A stretch of 32,000 bases of DNA from Candidatus Saccharimonadota bacterium (GTDB lineage: Archaea; Nanohalarchaeota; Nanosalinia; Nanosalinales; Nanosalinaceae): NCBI GenBank assembly GCA_001761425.1, contig CP012986.1:60001-92000 (forward strand). Reading direction: 5' to 3'. Positions 6,805 to 15,578 of the stretch are shown piece after piece. Below the pieces are notes generated by a model that did not search any database, had not been told where the DNA came from, and saw only the letters and a list, made by a program, of their open reading frames with translations. How positions within the stretch are numbered: the first letter of the stretch is position 1; each line of letters begins with the position of its first letter. Both the position numbers and the translations under genes were made by a program.

Positions 6805-7815
6805 TTACTCGTGTTCGATTTCGACTTCGTCGAGAACGTCTAGTGCTCTTGTGGACACGAAAGAGAGGTCCTGCCAGTCCTTTGTCATCCTTGGACATGC
6901 ACAGTTTACATAGATATCAATATTGTATCCCTTGTAATCTGACTCGAAGATGCGGTCTTCTACGAACAGGAAAACTTCTTTGCCGTGTCTTTCAAGCTTT
7001 TCCTTTGCGATCTCCGCTGCTCTCATATAGTTCTGCCCTTTCTTGGATGAAGTTACTACGCCCCAGCGTTTCTTGTCCTTGTGCTTGATAACACGGGCGT
7101 ACTCTGCCTGCATCTCGTCATCCAGCGAGTTAGGTGGTTCGATCCAGATATGCCTTTCGTAAGGATCGACTACGTACACTTTTTTCCCGGCTTCCGAGAC
7201 CTGTGAAGGATGGAACTCTCCAGAACCCAGGAAAACAAATGCATCAACTTTATGTGAAATGTTATGTGCGGCGCCTGCATCGCATCCCAGGACCTGGCCC
7301 GGCTCCGTCGTCCTTAGGCCTTTCTTTCCATCTACGACGTTGTATCCTTTGCTCTCCAGGAACTCTCTTGCCTGATCAGCACGGTCCATGTACTGGGTTA
7401 CACCGACAAGGCCTACAGTCTGTTCCTCAATCTTGTTGTAATCCTCTTCAAGGACTCCCATAAGATCTCTGTCTTCTCTGTACGGAAGATAGTACACGTT
7501 TACATCGTTCATCTCCGCTCCCTCAGGATGAAGGAAACGTGTATGCCCTACGTGGACTAAAGCATCTGCACCCATCCTCTCCGCTTTTTCATTGGCGATA
7601 CCGCATGCTCCGAACGAAGAGGCCCCGATCATAACCGGTTCGATACCATGTTCCTTTAAATCCGATCCGAATTCGATCAGCTCGTCTTTGATACCGTCAG
7701 GACCCTGAAGGCCTACCTTATCATAGTCCTGGGCCTTCAGCTCTTCCATTATCTCCTCAAATGTTTCGTAGTTGTACTGACTGCGTTCTTCCTGTTCGGC
7801 TTTTTGATCTGTCAT
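6805..7815 (-). CDS. dph2: Diphthamide biosynthesis enzyme Dph2 (2-(3-amino-3-carboxypropyl)histidine synthase, radical SAM-type)
   Basis: The pattern VGLQGPDGIK..SSFGACGI..GADALVHVGHT..VLGCDAGAA..NCACPRM carries the three conserved Cys regions of archaeal Dph2. The ~336 aa length is typical. Confidence 0.85.
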   Translation of the reverse strand: MTDQKAEQEERSQYNYETFEEIMEELKAQDYDKVGLQGPDGIKDELIEFGSDLKEHGIEPVMIGASSFGACGIANEKAERMGADALVHVGHTRFLHPEGAEMNDVNVYYLPYREDRDLMGVLEEDYNKIEEQTVGLVGVTQYMDRADQAREFLESKGYNVVDGKKGLRTTEPGQVLGCDAGAAHNISHKVDAFVFLGSGEFHPSQVSEAGKKVYVVDPYERHIWIEPPNSLDDEMQAEYARVIKHKDKKRWGVVTSSKKGQNYMRAAEIAKEKLERHGKEVFLFVEDRIFESDYKGYNIDIYVNCACPRMTKDWQDLSFVSTRALDVLDEVEIEHE

Positions 7816-7907
7816 ATCAGAGAATTTGGAGCGAATTTTTTTAACAGCGGATTTTTCTACCCTTTTCCCGATGTAGACGCAGGTAAAGAAAGTTTTTCTC
7901 AGGGATC

Positions 7908-7926
7908 GGCATTACTCTCTAATGCC
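7908..7926. terminator. Stem-loop GGCATTA-ctctc-TAATGCC between the PEP-utilising-like gene and dph2
   Basis: Perfect 7-bp inverted repeat read directly from the sequence, located in a 171-bp spacer. Its role as a terminator is an inference. Confidence 0.3.
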
Positions 7927-7986
7927 AGGTACAATCTGGAAAGCAAATTTTCTCACCGCTCCAGTCATAAGTCTTTTTCTAGAGGC

Positions 7987-9474
7987 CTATCTTAGTTCGT
8001 TCAGGATAAGTCTTTTTTCTTCTTCTGCAAGAATTTTCTCGACGTGATGAACCTCTGATTCAGGGACGATAACCGAGGCCTTTTCCTCGACAATCTTTCT
8101 TAAAAGATCTCTTTCAGGCCCTGAAACAGCTACAAACTTTTTCTCTGCGTCAAGGTAATCAAGGGAGTTCAGCAGGGCTTCGCCTTCAAGGTTCCTGGCG
8201 TCTAGAACGAAACGGTTGCCTGAGAACTCGAGGACTTCTCTGTAGCTCTGAAGGATTTCTCCAGAATCTAGTTCAAGGCCTTTCACCTGGTAACCGGAGA
8301 AAGGGCTGCTGGATATGTTGACTTCTCCGGATTCAAGCGCAAGCACTTCTGTCGCAGTGACCGCCTCGGAGCCTTTTCTCTCGGCTTTAAGGCCTTCAGC
8401 TGTTGCCTGGGGTTCGCTGATTTCTACGTCTGTTTCAGGGATGTAGATCTGTTGTTCCTGCTCTATCTCACCTGAAAAGCTGAAGACTGCGGGTTTCCCT
8501 TCTTTCCTTGCTTTTTGCGCATCTGATGACACGAAACTACCTCTTCTGGCAATCAGAGAGTTATTAAAATCTTCTGGACCTGCGGTCTGGTCAGAAAGCG
8601 AGATCTCGATGCCTGCCCTGCCCTCTATTTCGCCTCTGGAGACACGGAGGCCTTTAAGGGTTTCCTGGTCGGAGATCTGATCTGTTTTGAAGGCATCGAC
8701 GATGTAGAAGGTTCCTCTTTTATGCACAAATTTGAGGTTGAGGCCTTCTCTTTTTGTTTTCTGTATGAATTTTTTGACTTCTCTGTCTTTAAAGGAGGCT
8801 CCGTTCTTTGTTACTTTTCTCTTTCTTTTCTGGCCGTTCATAGGGTTTCTGCTCATCTTGACCTGTTTATCTGGTATCTTCTTTTCCTTGACTCCTTCTT
8901 CATTGACCAGGTACAGGTCTGGGTCTGTTATACCTTCTTCTAGAGAGTTTCCAAGGCCTTCCGTGGCTTCGAACAGCGAATAGTTTCTTGTGAAGTTAAT
9001 GACTGCTGTCCCTGTTTCCCCAGGTTCTACCATTTTCTGTATTATTATTGCAGGGTATTCCTGTTTTCCTGCGCTGTAGTATGATGCTATGACTTTTTTC
9101 AGGGCTTTTTCTATGTTTGATGATCCTACGTTGAGTTCGTAGTCGTAGAGACCTTTTTCTTCGTCGCTTATCCTTATTGATACGCGCTGTGAGTCCCTCT
9201 GTCCTCCGACGAGGTTTTTGGCTTTTCCTGATGCGTTTCGGACTTCAGAGCTCATGCCGATTTTTTCCTGTGCGTCTTTTATCTCCTGCATCAGGTCTGA
9301 GGGTATCGTGGCATTGAGTATTTTCTGTGGGTCTTTGTCTCTGCCGATGAATTCCTTGATCTCTCCGCGTGTGATGGTGAAGAAGTTAGGTACTTCAAAA
9401 GTGTTTAAGCTGTCTAGTCTTGCGGCTTTGAGGCCTGACTTTGCTCTATCGATTTCTCCCTGCCACTGAACCAT
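7987..9474 (-). CDS. PEP-utilising-enzyme-like protein (PPDK_N ATP-grasp-like N-terminus plus degenerate mobile-domain motif)
   Basis: The N-terminus SGLKAARLDSLNTFEVPNFFTIT resembles GGKAANL..L....VP.GF.iT. The central SLIARRGSFVSSDAQKARKEGKPAVFSF aligns to ilVt..GG.tsHAAi.AREl GIPAV, but with Ser at the His position. No TIM-barrel PEP-binding domain is evident. Confidence 0.55.
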   Translation of the reverse strand: MVQWQGEIDRAKSGLKAARLDSLNTFEVPNFFTITRGEIKEFIGRDKDPQKILNATIPSDLMQEIKDAQEKIGMSSEVRNASGKAKNLVGGQRDSQRVSIRISDEEKGLYDYELNVGSSNIEKALKKVIASYYSAGKQEYPAIIIQKMVEPGETGTAVINFTRNYSLFEATEGLGNSLEEGITDPDLYLVNEEGVKEKKIPDKQVKMSRNPMNGQKRKRKVTKNGASFKDREVKKFIQKTKREGLNLKFVHKRGTFYIVDAFKTDQISDQETLKGLRVSRGEIEGRAGIEISLSDQTAGPEDFNNSLIARRGSFVSSDAQKARKEGKPAVFSFSGEIEQEQQIYIPETDVEISEPQATAEGLKAERKGSEAVTATEVLALESGEVNISSSPFSGYQVKGLELDSGEILQSYREVLEFSGNRFVLDARNLEGEALLNSLDYLDAEKKFVAVSGPERDLLRKIVEEKASVIVPESEVHHVEKILAEEEKRLILNELR

Positions 9475-9571
9475 ACATAGTTTTAGGCCTTGAACCGATT
9501 AAAATCTTCCGGAATCCAGGAAATCCTGTTTACTGGTTGATAGAAAAATTCAGAGAATTTTTCGGGAGTTC

Positions 9572-10099
9572 TTATCTGTCTCTGTCGATCTTGACTCTGC
9601 ATTTGACAGGCATTTTGTGTGTGGCTCTTTCCAAGGCTTTTCTTGCGACCTGGATGTCTCCTTCGTCTACGTCGATTCTGTAGACTTTCTGCTGTGCGTC
9701 GACAAGTGCTGCGCGTCCGATCGGTCGTCCGAATGGTTTACGCATACCTTCGTAGTAACGGTCTGCCTGTGCAACACCGGCTAGCGGGTGGTATCTGAGA
9801 ACGTGGTGTGGGTAAGGCAGAATCCTGAGGTAATAGTCTTCTTCCGGGTCTAGCTCCTTGGATAGGTAGGAGTTCGCTGCGACACGTCCTGCCTCGAGTG
9901 CTTCGCTCCTGACTCCGCAGTCTTCTTCGACTACGAGCTTGATTGAAGCGTCGAACTCTGTATTCCTTGCACCCTGGTCGAACTGTGTCACTCTCGGAGC
10001 TGGAGCTCCTTTAATGTAATTGTCCTTCTTTTTCTGACTCTGCCGGGTGTAAGGCTGGTTCGGCTGCTCTCTGTAAATCCTTGCAGGACGATCTCCCAT
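9572..10099 (-). CDS. rpl10e: Large-subunit ribosomal protein L10e (uL16)
   Basis: RPARIYREQPNQPYTRQSQKKKDNYIKGAPAPRVTQFDQG and the downstream RILPYPHHVLRYHP..AGVAQADR..GMRKPFGRP are the conserved L10e blocks. Confidence 0.92.
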   Translation of the reverse strand: MGDRPARIYREQPNQPYTRQSQKKKDNYIKGAPAPRVTQFDQGARNTEFDASIKLVVEEDCGVRSEALEAGRVAANSYLSKELDPEEDYYLRILPYPHHVLRYHPLAGVAQADRYYEGMRKPFGRPIGRAALVDAQQKVYRIDVDEGDIQVARKALERATHKMPVKCRVKIDRDR

Positions 10100-10134
10100 A
10101 TTATTACCTCGTGAACTAACCCGCGGACTTAAAT

Positions 10135-10142
10135 TTTATATA
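10135..10142 (-). promoter_or_regulatory. Candidate TATA box for rpl10e
   Basis: The reverse strand reads TATATAAA 36-43 nt upstream of the ATG (10099). A GAGGT Shine-Dalgarno-like element (10106..10110) lies 7-11 nt upstream of the start. Confidence 0.4.
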
Positions 10143-10149
10143 GGGTATG

Positions 10150-10527
10150 TTATAGATAGCCTATACTGTCGGCAAGATCGGAGTCAGGAAAATGCTGTTC
10201 TATCTCTTGCTCGCTCAGCTTCTGGAGATACTCCATCCTATTATCGGCAGGTCTGCTCTCATTATGAGAGACCAAATACACAGTAGAGGCAAAATCGAAG
10301 TGGTCAAAACCACTTGAAGAAAGTTGATCTAAGCCTAGTTCGGCTGCCTTCGCCTTGAAATTATCGATATCGGACCTGTAGTCTCCGTCAGTGGCACTTT
10401 CAAGAGCGTAATCAGTTACGGTCTGGTAGAATTCAGACTTGTTCTCAAGATACTCAGAGGCCTCAACTATATTTTCAACCTGTTCAAAGGCCTTATCTGA
10501 ATGCCTGAACGTTGCTTTTGCCATCAA
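10150..10527 (-). CDS. Hypothetical acidic protein (125 aa)
   Basis: The ORF has proteome-typical acidic composition and is divergent from the sugar operon. I recognise no motif. Confidence 0.45.
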   Translation of the reverse strand: MMAKATFRHSDKAFEQVENIVEASEYLENKSEFYQTVTDYALESATDGDYRSDIDNFKAKAAELGLDQLSSSGFDHFDFASTVYLVSHNESRPADNRMEYLQKLSEQEIEQHFPDSDLADSIGYL

Positions 10528-10598
10528 TTAGTAACAAATAACCGAAGTTTTTTATCTTTGACCGGAAGTTTTAATCCCTCCAGGACCAATTTCTGAAC

Positions 10599-11849
10599 GT
10601 GGAAACTGTAAAAGTATATCAGATAGGCCTTGGCGACTTCGGACGCAACGGTTTTGAGAAGCTTATTGAACTCCAGAGGTACTTCGGAAAAGTCGATGTA
10701 CAGCTGAAGGGCATATGCGATACGGATTTTGAAAGACTGGAGAAAGCCGAAAAGTTCGCGGAGGCTCATGACTTTTTTATCGAGACCTTTCAGGATGTAG
10801 AGGAGATGTACGAGGTAGCAGAGCAGGAACGTGGAAAGATCATGATCTATGACTCGGGGCCTTCCGAGACTCATTCCAGACATATTCACAGGTCGCTTCA
10901 GAACAGTTTCTTCCATCTTGCGGAAAAGCCTCCGTCCATGTCACGTGAGGAGCATCTGAGCGAGAAGGAGATGAGCCGTGAACAGGAGATAATGTACATG
11001 GTGGATTTCATAGAGCGGGAAAGCCCTGTAGTGAAAAAAGCTCAGCAGCTACTTGAAGAAGAGGAAGTTGAAAGACTGGATATCTTCCGTCAAAGCTCTA
11101 TAGGCCTCCAGAAGCTCATGCAGCCTGTTAAAAGAGCAGGAGTGAAAGGAGGAGCAGTCCTGGATAAAATGATACATGAGGCCTACCTCTTCGATTTACT
11201 GGGCACTGAGGAGATGGAGTTCCAGTCCGCCGGGGTACAGAGGTTCATGCCGAAGACGCTGGGCGCTGAAAAGTTCATGTCAATCAGAGGAGGCTATACA
11301 GAAAATATAGGGAAAAACACTGCTTTAGGAGATGTGAAGGCCTTGTTCAAATCCGGCGGTACGGATGTTACGCTTCACGGTTCCTGGCTAGGTTTCAGCG
11401 AGGACGCGAGGAAAGCCGGGAAAAAAGTAAGAGATGCTGCGGAGCACAGTGTGCTTGAATCAGGTTATCAGACAGTGGAAGGTAAGGCCTTTCTTGATGA
11501 GGAGTGCAGATTCTTCACCGTTCAGGGAACCAGGAATTTAGCTGGTGATATGCTGAACGGGAAACTTTTTGATCTTGATACAGGTGAAGAGGTTGATACT
11601 CCTGATCTTATCCATGATCAGTTGCACAGAGTTATCGAGAAAGCAGTTCTGAACGCTGCGGGTAAGCGGAGTGATGGAATCGGTCAGCATGAGGTAGATG
11701 AGTTCATGGATTCTCTTTTCATGGTTCAGGAGTCTGCGTCCGGTGACGAGTTCGATGAGCTGGAGAAAAGCCGCGAACGGCTGAAGGAGATGGTCGTGGA
11801 GGATAGAAAGATACTTGAACGTGAGGAAAGCGATACTATAGCAGGGTAG
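10599..11849 (+). CDS. Gfo/Idh/MocA-like NAD(P)-dependent oxidoreductase (unusually long, 416 aa)
   Basis: GTG start. It has the Rossmann motif VYQIGLGDFGRNG and the family-typical EKP motif (FHLAEKPPS). It is the first gene of a tightly spaced + strand operon. Confidence 0.65.
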   Translation: METVKVYQIGLGDFGRNGFEKLIELQRYFGKVDVQLKGICDTDFERLEKAEKFAEAHDFFIETFQDVEEMYEVAEQERGKIMIYDSGPSETHSRHIHRSLQNSFFHLAEKPPSMSREEHLSEKEMSREQEIMYMVDFIERESPVVKKAQQLLEEEEVERLDIFRQSSIGLQKLMQPVKRAGVKGGAVLDKMIHEAYLFDLLGTEEMEFQSAGVQRFMPKTLGAEKFMSIRGGYTENIGKNTALGDVKALFKSGGTDVTLHGSWLGFSEDARKAGKKVRDAAEHSVLESGYQTVEGKAFLDEECRFFTVQGTRNLAGDMLNGKLFDLDTGEEVDTPDLIHDQLHRVIEKAVLNAAGKRSDGIGQHEVDEFMDSLFMVQESASGDEFDELEKSRERLKEMVVEDRKILEREESDTIAG

Positions 11850-11854
11850 TACCG

Positions 11855-12955
11855 ATGAAAGCCGTTGTTCCTTGTGCGAAAAAGAAAGAAGGCCTTTTTC
11901 CTTTCTCTGAGTCGAAACCTACAGCTTTGATGCCTGTCATGGGTAAAGCACTTGTGAAGCATAATATCGAGGCCTTGAGAGATAACGGCGTGGACGAAGT
12001 ATATCTTGTTACTAACTACCTTGAGGAAAAATTTGAACAGGAGTTCGGAGAAAGAACTGACGTGAACATCGTCCATCAGGAAGAAGTTACAGGCACTGCC
12101 TCAGCCCTGAAAAAAGTTGACTTTATCGAAGACGATTTCCTAGTCGTGAACGGAGACGTCATAGTTTCAGAGAACGACCTTGAAAGCCTTCTGACACACC
12201 ACGAAAACAACGACAGTACTGTAACCCTTCTAGGGACGGATGAGTCAAAGCCGGAAAAATTCGGCGTCCTGAGTATAACGAACGACGACGTCGTCGATAT
12301 AAGAGAGAAGCCAGATACACCGGAAAACAACCTGATCAACACAGGGATCTACGTCTTCACACCGGAAATCTTCAGAGAGATAGATGAACTGGAAGAAGAC
12401 CAGAAATCAGTCACAGACGCTGTAAAAAATCTTGCACAACGAGAGGAAGCAAAATACGAACTGATAGACGATTACTGGATCGATATCAACTCCCCTGAAA
12501 AGCTCTGGGAAGCCGACAAAATCAAAAGAGAATTTGAGATAACAGATACAGATACAGAAAACGCAAAAATATCGGAAAACGCAGAAATCAAAGGAAAAGC
12601 CAGAATAGAGAAAGGAGCAAAAATCAAAGCAGGCACAGTTATCGAAGGAAAGGCCTTCATCGGAAAAAACTCTGTTATAGGCCCGAACACAGTTATCAGA
12701 GATTCTACAGTTACCAAAAATTCCCAGATCCGGAATGCAAACGTCGAGGAAGGCCTTCTGTTTGAACGCTGTATCGTTGATCCGCATGTACATCTTGAGA
12801 ACTTTATACTAGGTGAAGAATCCGATGTGAAATCAGGTACAGTTATCCGTGAATCCTTTATCGGCGCCCGGAGCTTTATAGAGATGAACAACTCGATTTA
12901 CGGGAAGAAGTTTGTTCCTGATGCCAGGACGGATCTGTCGGAGATCAGTAAATAA
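11855..12955 (+). CDS. Sugar-phosphate nucleotidyltransferase-like protein with C-terminal left-handed beta-helix; N-terminal G-x-G-T-R signature degenerate
   Basis: KPTALMPVMGKALVKHNIEAL..VDEVYLVTNY..GTASAL..FLVVNGDV..FGV..INTGIYVF matches the NTP_transferase fold. Hexapeptide repeats follow (ISENAEIKGKARIEKGAKIKAGTVIEGKAFIGKNSVIGPNTVI). The expected LAAGxGTR is replaced by PCAKKKEGLFPF. Confidence 0.7.
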   Translation: MKAVVPCAKKKEGLFPFSESKPTALMPVMGKALVKHNIEALRDNGVDEVYLVTNYLEEKFEQEFGERTDVNIVHQEEVTGTASALKKVDFIEDDFLVVNGDVIVSENDLESLLTHHENNDSTVTLLGTDESKPEKFGVLSITNDDVVDIREKPDTPENNLINTGIYVFTPEIFREIDELEEDQKSVTDAVKNLAQREEAKYELIDDYWIDINSPEKLWEADKIKREFEITDTDTENAKISENAEIKGKARIEKGAKIKAGTVIEGKAFIGKNSVIGPNTVIRDSTVTKNSQIRNANVEEGLLFERCIVDPHVHLENFILGEESDVKSGTVIRESFIGARSFIEMNNSIYGKKFVPDARTDLSEISK

Positions 12956-12985
12956 TAAAATCCTCTGTCCAGACTTTCTGTTTTC

Positions 12986-13741
12986 ATGAAGGCCTTGTTT
13001 TTCGAGCCACATGACGATGACCTGATCATAGGTGCCGGCGGTACCGTGATCCAGATGTTAGAGGAGGGATGGGAGGTCAGGACCGTCCAGATGACCGATT
13101 GCAGACACGGCAGCACCGAGATCGATCCTGAAGAGCTTGTGGAGATACGGAAGGAAGAAAAAGAAGAGGAGATAGAGTTCCTCGGGATCGAATGCGATTT
13201 CCTGGACTTTGAAGATGGATCTCTACAGGAGCTGGCAGAAGAAAACCCAGGAAAAGCCCTGGAAGAGATCAAGAACCGTCTTCAGGATTTCAGGCCAGAC
13301 GTGGTCTTCATGCCAGGCCTTGACGAAGGACACCCCGATCACCGCGGTACACATCAACTGGTTTCACAGGCTATCGATGAGACAGGCCTTGAGGCCCTGA
13401 AACTTTCCTATCTTGTCTGGCAGCTACCTTTCCTCGAAGGCGAAAACCGTATCGAAAAGGTGCTTGAGGTTGAGGTAAACGAAGAGATCTATGAGGAGAA
13501 ACTTGACGGGATCAAGTTACATGAATCTCAGGAAGTTGAAGGCCGTTACTCCGAGATGGCCGAGCATTTCAACAGTTATCTAGGTCTTCTGTACTCTTCA
13601 AGAGGAGAAAAAGGCCTGAAGAGATCCGAAGTCCTGGGAGTTCAAAACCCTGAGAAGATGGAGATCCTGGAAGGCCTCGATTTCAACGATGTATCCGGGC
13701 TAAGTCATGGACGTGAAAGCGAGGATATCAGCGTAAATTAA
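12986..13741 (+). CDS. PIG-L / LmbE family N-acetylglucosaminyl deacetylase
   Basis: EPHDDDLIIGAGGT (PHPDD..iG.GG) and GHPDHRGTHQL (HPDH) are the zinc-binding signatures of the family. Confidence 0.85.
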   Translation: MKALFFEPHDDDLIIGAGGTVIQMLEEGWEVRTVQMTDCRHGSTEIDPEELVEIRKEEKEEEIEFLGIECDFLDFEDGSLQELAEENPGKALEEIKNRLQDFRPDVVFMPGLDEGHPDHRGTHQLVSQAIDETGLEALKLSYLVWQLPFLEGENRIEKVLEVEVNEEIYEEKLDGIKLHESQEVEGRYSEMAEHFNSYLGLLYSSRGEKGLKRSEVLGVQNPEKMEILEGLDFNDVSGLSHGRESEDISVN

Positions 13742-13808
13742 ACCAGGAGCTTTTCCAGTTGATTAAAGTAGATTAGTCATTAATTTTTTCCCATAAAGTG
13801 GAGTTTAG

Positions 13809-15071
13809 ATGAAAGCCGTAATCCTTGCAGCGGGCGAAAGCACCAGGTTCAAACCTCTGAGCGATAACAGGCACAAAGGCCTTACAGAGGTTCTTGGAAG
13901 ACCTATCCTTTCCCATACTATAGAGGAGCTTAGAGAAGCCGGCGTTGACGAAGTTATAGTGGTTCAAGGCCCTGAAGGCGAAATCCAGGATGAGTTAGGT
14001 GATGAAGCAGATCACTTCGTGGTTCAGGAAAGTCCTGAGGGAATGGGGAATGCTCTGCGCCAGGCTGAACCGCTTCTGGATGATAAATTCCTTGTGCTGA
14101 CTCCTTACCGCGCAAATGCCTCCCAGTTCTTCGAGCCGATGATCAAGAAGGCGGAAGAAGAGGATTCTGACATAGTCTTTGTCTCAACTCCGACAGATAA
14201 GCCCGGGAAATACGGCATCCTGGAGCTTGAAGACGGGAAAGCTGTTGACATGGTCGAAAAACCTGAGCCCGAAGAGGCACCAGGCAACCAGAAAGTCGTC
14301 GGCATGTACCTCCTGAACAAGTCATTCTTCAGTTACCTTGACGAAGTTGAGACCTGGGAGTACCAGTACGAAGACGCCCTGAGCAAACAGATGAAAGATT
14401 CTACAGCCTCCGTGCTGAAGATAAAACAGGAAACGAACTCGATAAAGTACCCATGGGACCTTTTTTCCGTCACAAGAGAACTGCTGGAAAAGAAAGACAG
14501 AAAAATATCGGACAAGGCCTCAATCATGGATTCAGCCGAAATCAAGGGAGATGTGATAGTTGAAGACGGCGCAAAGATATTTGAAAACGCTGTAGTCAAA
14601 GGCCCTGCCTACATAGGAAAAAACGCGGTTATCGGAAACAATGCACTTATCAGAGACCATTCTGTAATCGAAAAAGAGGTTACTGTAGGCGCTAACTCCG
14701 AGGTAAAAAACTCTGTACTACAGCCCGAAAGCTCCATACATTCAGGTTTCATAGGAGATTCTGTAATCGGAAGAAACACTAAAATCGGCGCCGAGACAGT
14801 AACAGCCAACAGAGAGTTCAGAGAAAACGGCGAAAGGCCTGAAATCCGTTCAGATCTTATAGGAAAAGACTACGAAAAAGATACAGGCAGAAGTTTCATG
14901 GGCGCGGTGATCGGAGAGGACGTCGATATCGGAGTAAACGTCTCTCTCATGCCCGGAGTCCAGATAGGCACAGAAGCGAAGATAGGACCAGGAACAGTCG
15001 TCCATGAAAACGTCGAGAACAGTGAAACCATCTTCGTCAACCAGGAGCAGGTGAGAAAATCCAGTGAGTAA
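13809..15071 (+). CDS. Bifunctional-type sugar-1-phosphate nucleotidyltransferase / hexapeptide acyltransferase (GlmU-like architecture)
   Basis: Canonical N-terminus KAVILAAGESTRFKPLS..K.L..VLGRPIL, then GMGNAL, KYGILE, VGMYL. The C-terminal LbH repeats are IKGDVIVEDGAKIFENAVVKGPAYIGKNAVIGNNALI. Confidence 0.85.
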   Translation: MKAVILAAGESTRFKPLSDNRHKGLTEVLGRPILSHTIEELREAGVDEVIVVQGPEGEIQDELGDEADHFVVQESPEGMGNALRQAEPLLDDKFLVLTPYRANASQFFEPMIKKAEEEDSDIVFVSTPTDKPGKYGILELEDGKAVDMVEKPEPEEAPGNQKVVGMYLLNKSFFSYLDEVETWEYQYEDALSKQMKDSTASVLKIKQETNSIKYPWDLFSVTRELLEKKDRKISDKASIMDSAEIKGDVIVEDGAKIFENAVVKGPAYIGKNAVIGNNALIRDHSVIEKEVTVGANSEVKNSVLQPESSIHSGFIGDSVIGRNTKIGAETVTANREFRENGERPEIRSDLIGKDYEKDTGRSFMGAVIGEDVDIGVNVSLMPGVQIGTEAKIGPGTVVHENVENSETIFVNQEQVRKSSE

Positions 15072-15089
15072 AAAACAGGAGGCCTCAAG

Positions 15090-15578
15090 ATGAAGATAGG
15101 AATAGACTTTGACAGAGTTCTTTTCGATACAGACAGGTTCAACGAATACATGAAAAAAGAGACAGGCCTCAAACACGTCGAAGAAAATGTATACGATGAA
15201 AGAGGATGCTACTCGCCAGAAAAGCACGCAGAGGCCTCAGGAATCGATGTAAAAGAAGTTTACGACGCTGTCAAGGATCTTGAGAGCTTTGTCTACGATG
15301 ACATAGATCTACTGGAAGATCTTGAAAGCCATACCCTGGTGATAGTGACCAGAGGCGAGGAAAAATATCAGAAGGCCAAGATAGAGGCCTCAGGTATCGG
15401 AGACATCTTCGAGGAAATCTATGTGGTCCAGGAAGGATCCAAAGACGTTGACGGCCTGGAGTTTCTAGTCGATGACCGTGAAGAAGAAATCCACCGAGCC
15501 GGAATTCCAGGCCTTGTTCTAAACCGTGAAGAACACGGCATGAAACACGTCGTGAAGTTCGCAGGCGGTAAAAAATGA
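15090..15578 (+). CDS. HAD-superfamily-like hydrolase/phosphatase (small, 162 aa)
   Basis: The N-terminal KIGIDFDRVLFDT fits the HAD motif I (DxDx[TV]). A late acidic motif FLVDDRE is consistent with motif IV. The assignment is tentative. Confidence 0.5.
   Translation: MKIGIDFDRVLFDTDRFNEYMKKETGLKHVEENVYDERGCYSPEKHAEASGIDVKEVYDAVKDLESFVYDDIDLLEDLESHTLVIVTRGEEKYQKAKIEASGIGDIFEEIYVVQEGSKDVDGLEFLVDDREEEIHRAGIPGLVLNREEHGMKHVVKFAGGKK

Noticed and set aside
10524-10916. 130-aa ORF (-) apparently coupled to the 125-aa gene.
   Set aside because: It is antisense to the 5' part of the Gfo/Idh/MocA gene. Its basic, Leu/Phe-rich composition contrasts with the acidic proteome, and the + frame has Rossmann and EKP motifs.
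12540-12560. Short tandem repeat ACAGATACAGATACAGA as a possible repeat array.
   Set aside because: There are only about 2.5 units. It lies in frame within the nucleotidyltransferase-like gene (encodes TDTDTE), and no spacer-repeat architecture is present.
12076-15227. Numerous antisense or alternative-frame ORFs inside the sugar operon: 12076..12342, 12407..12793, 12472..12891, 12898..13272, 14105..14320, 14333..14599, 14609..14809, 14850..15227, 14870..15172.
   Set aside because: They are Ser/Phe-rich shadows of GA-rich acidic coding sequence and hexapeptide repeats. In each case the sense frame has family motifs.
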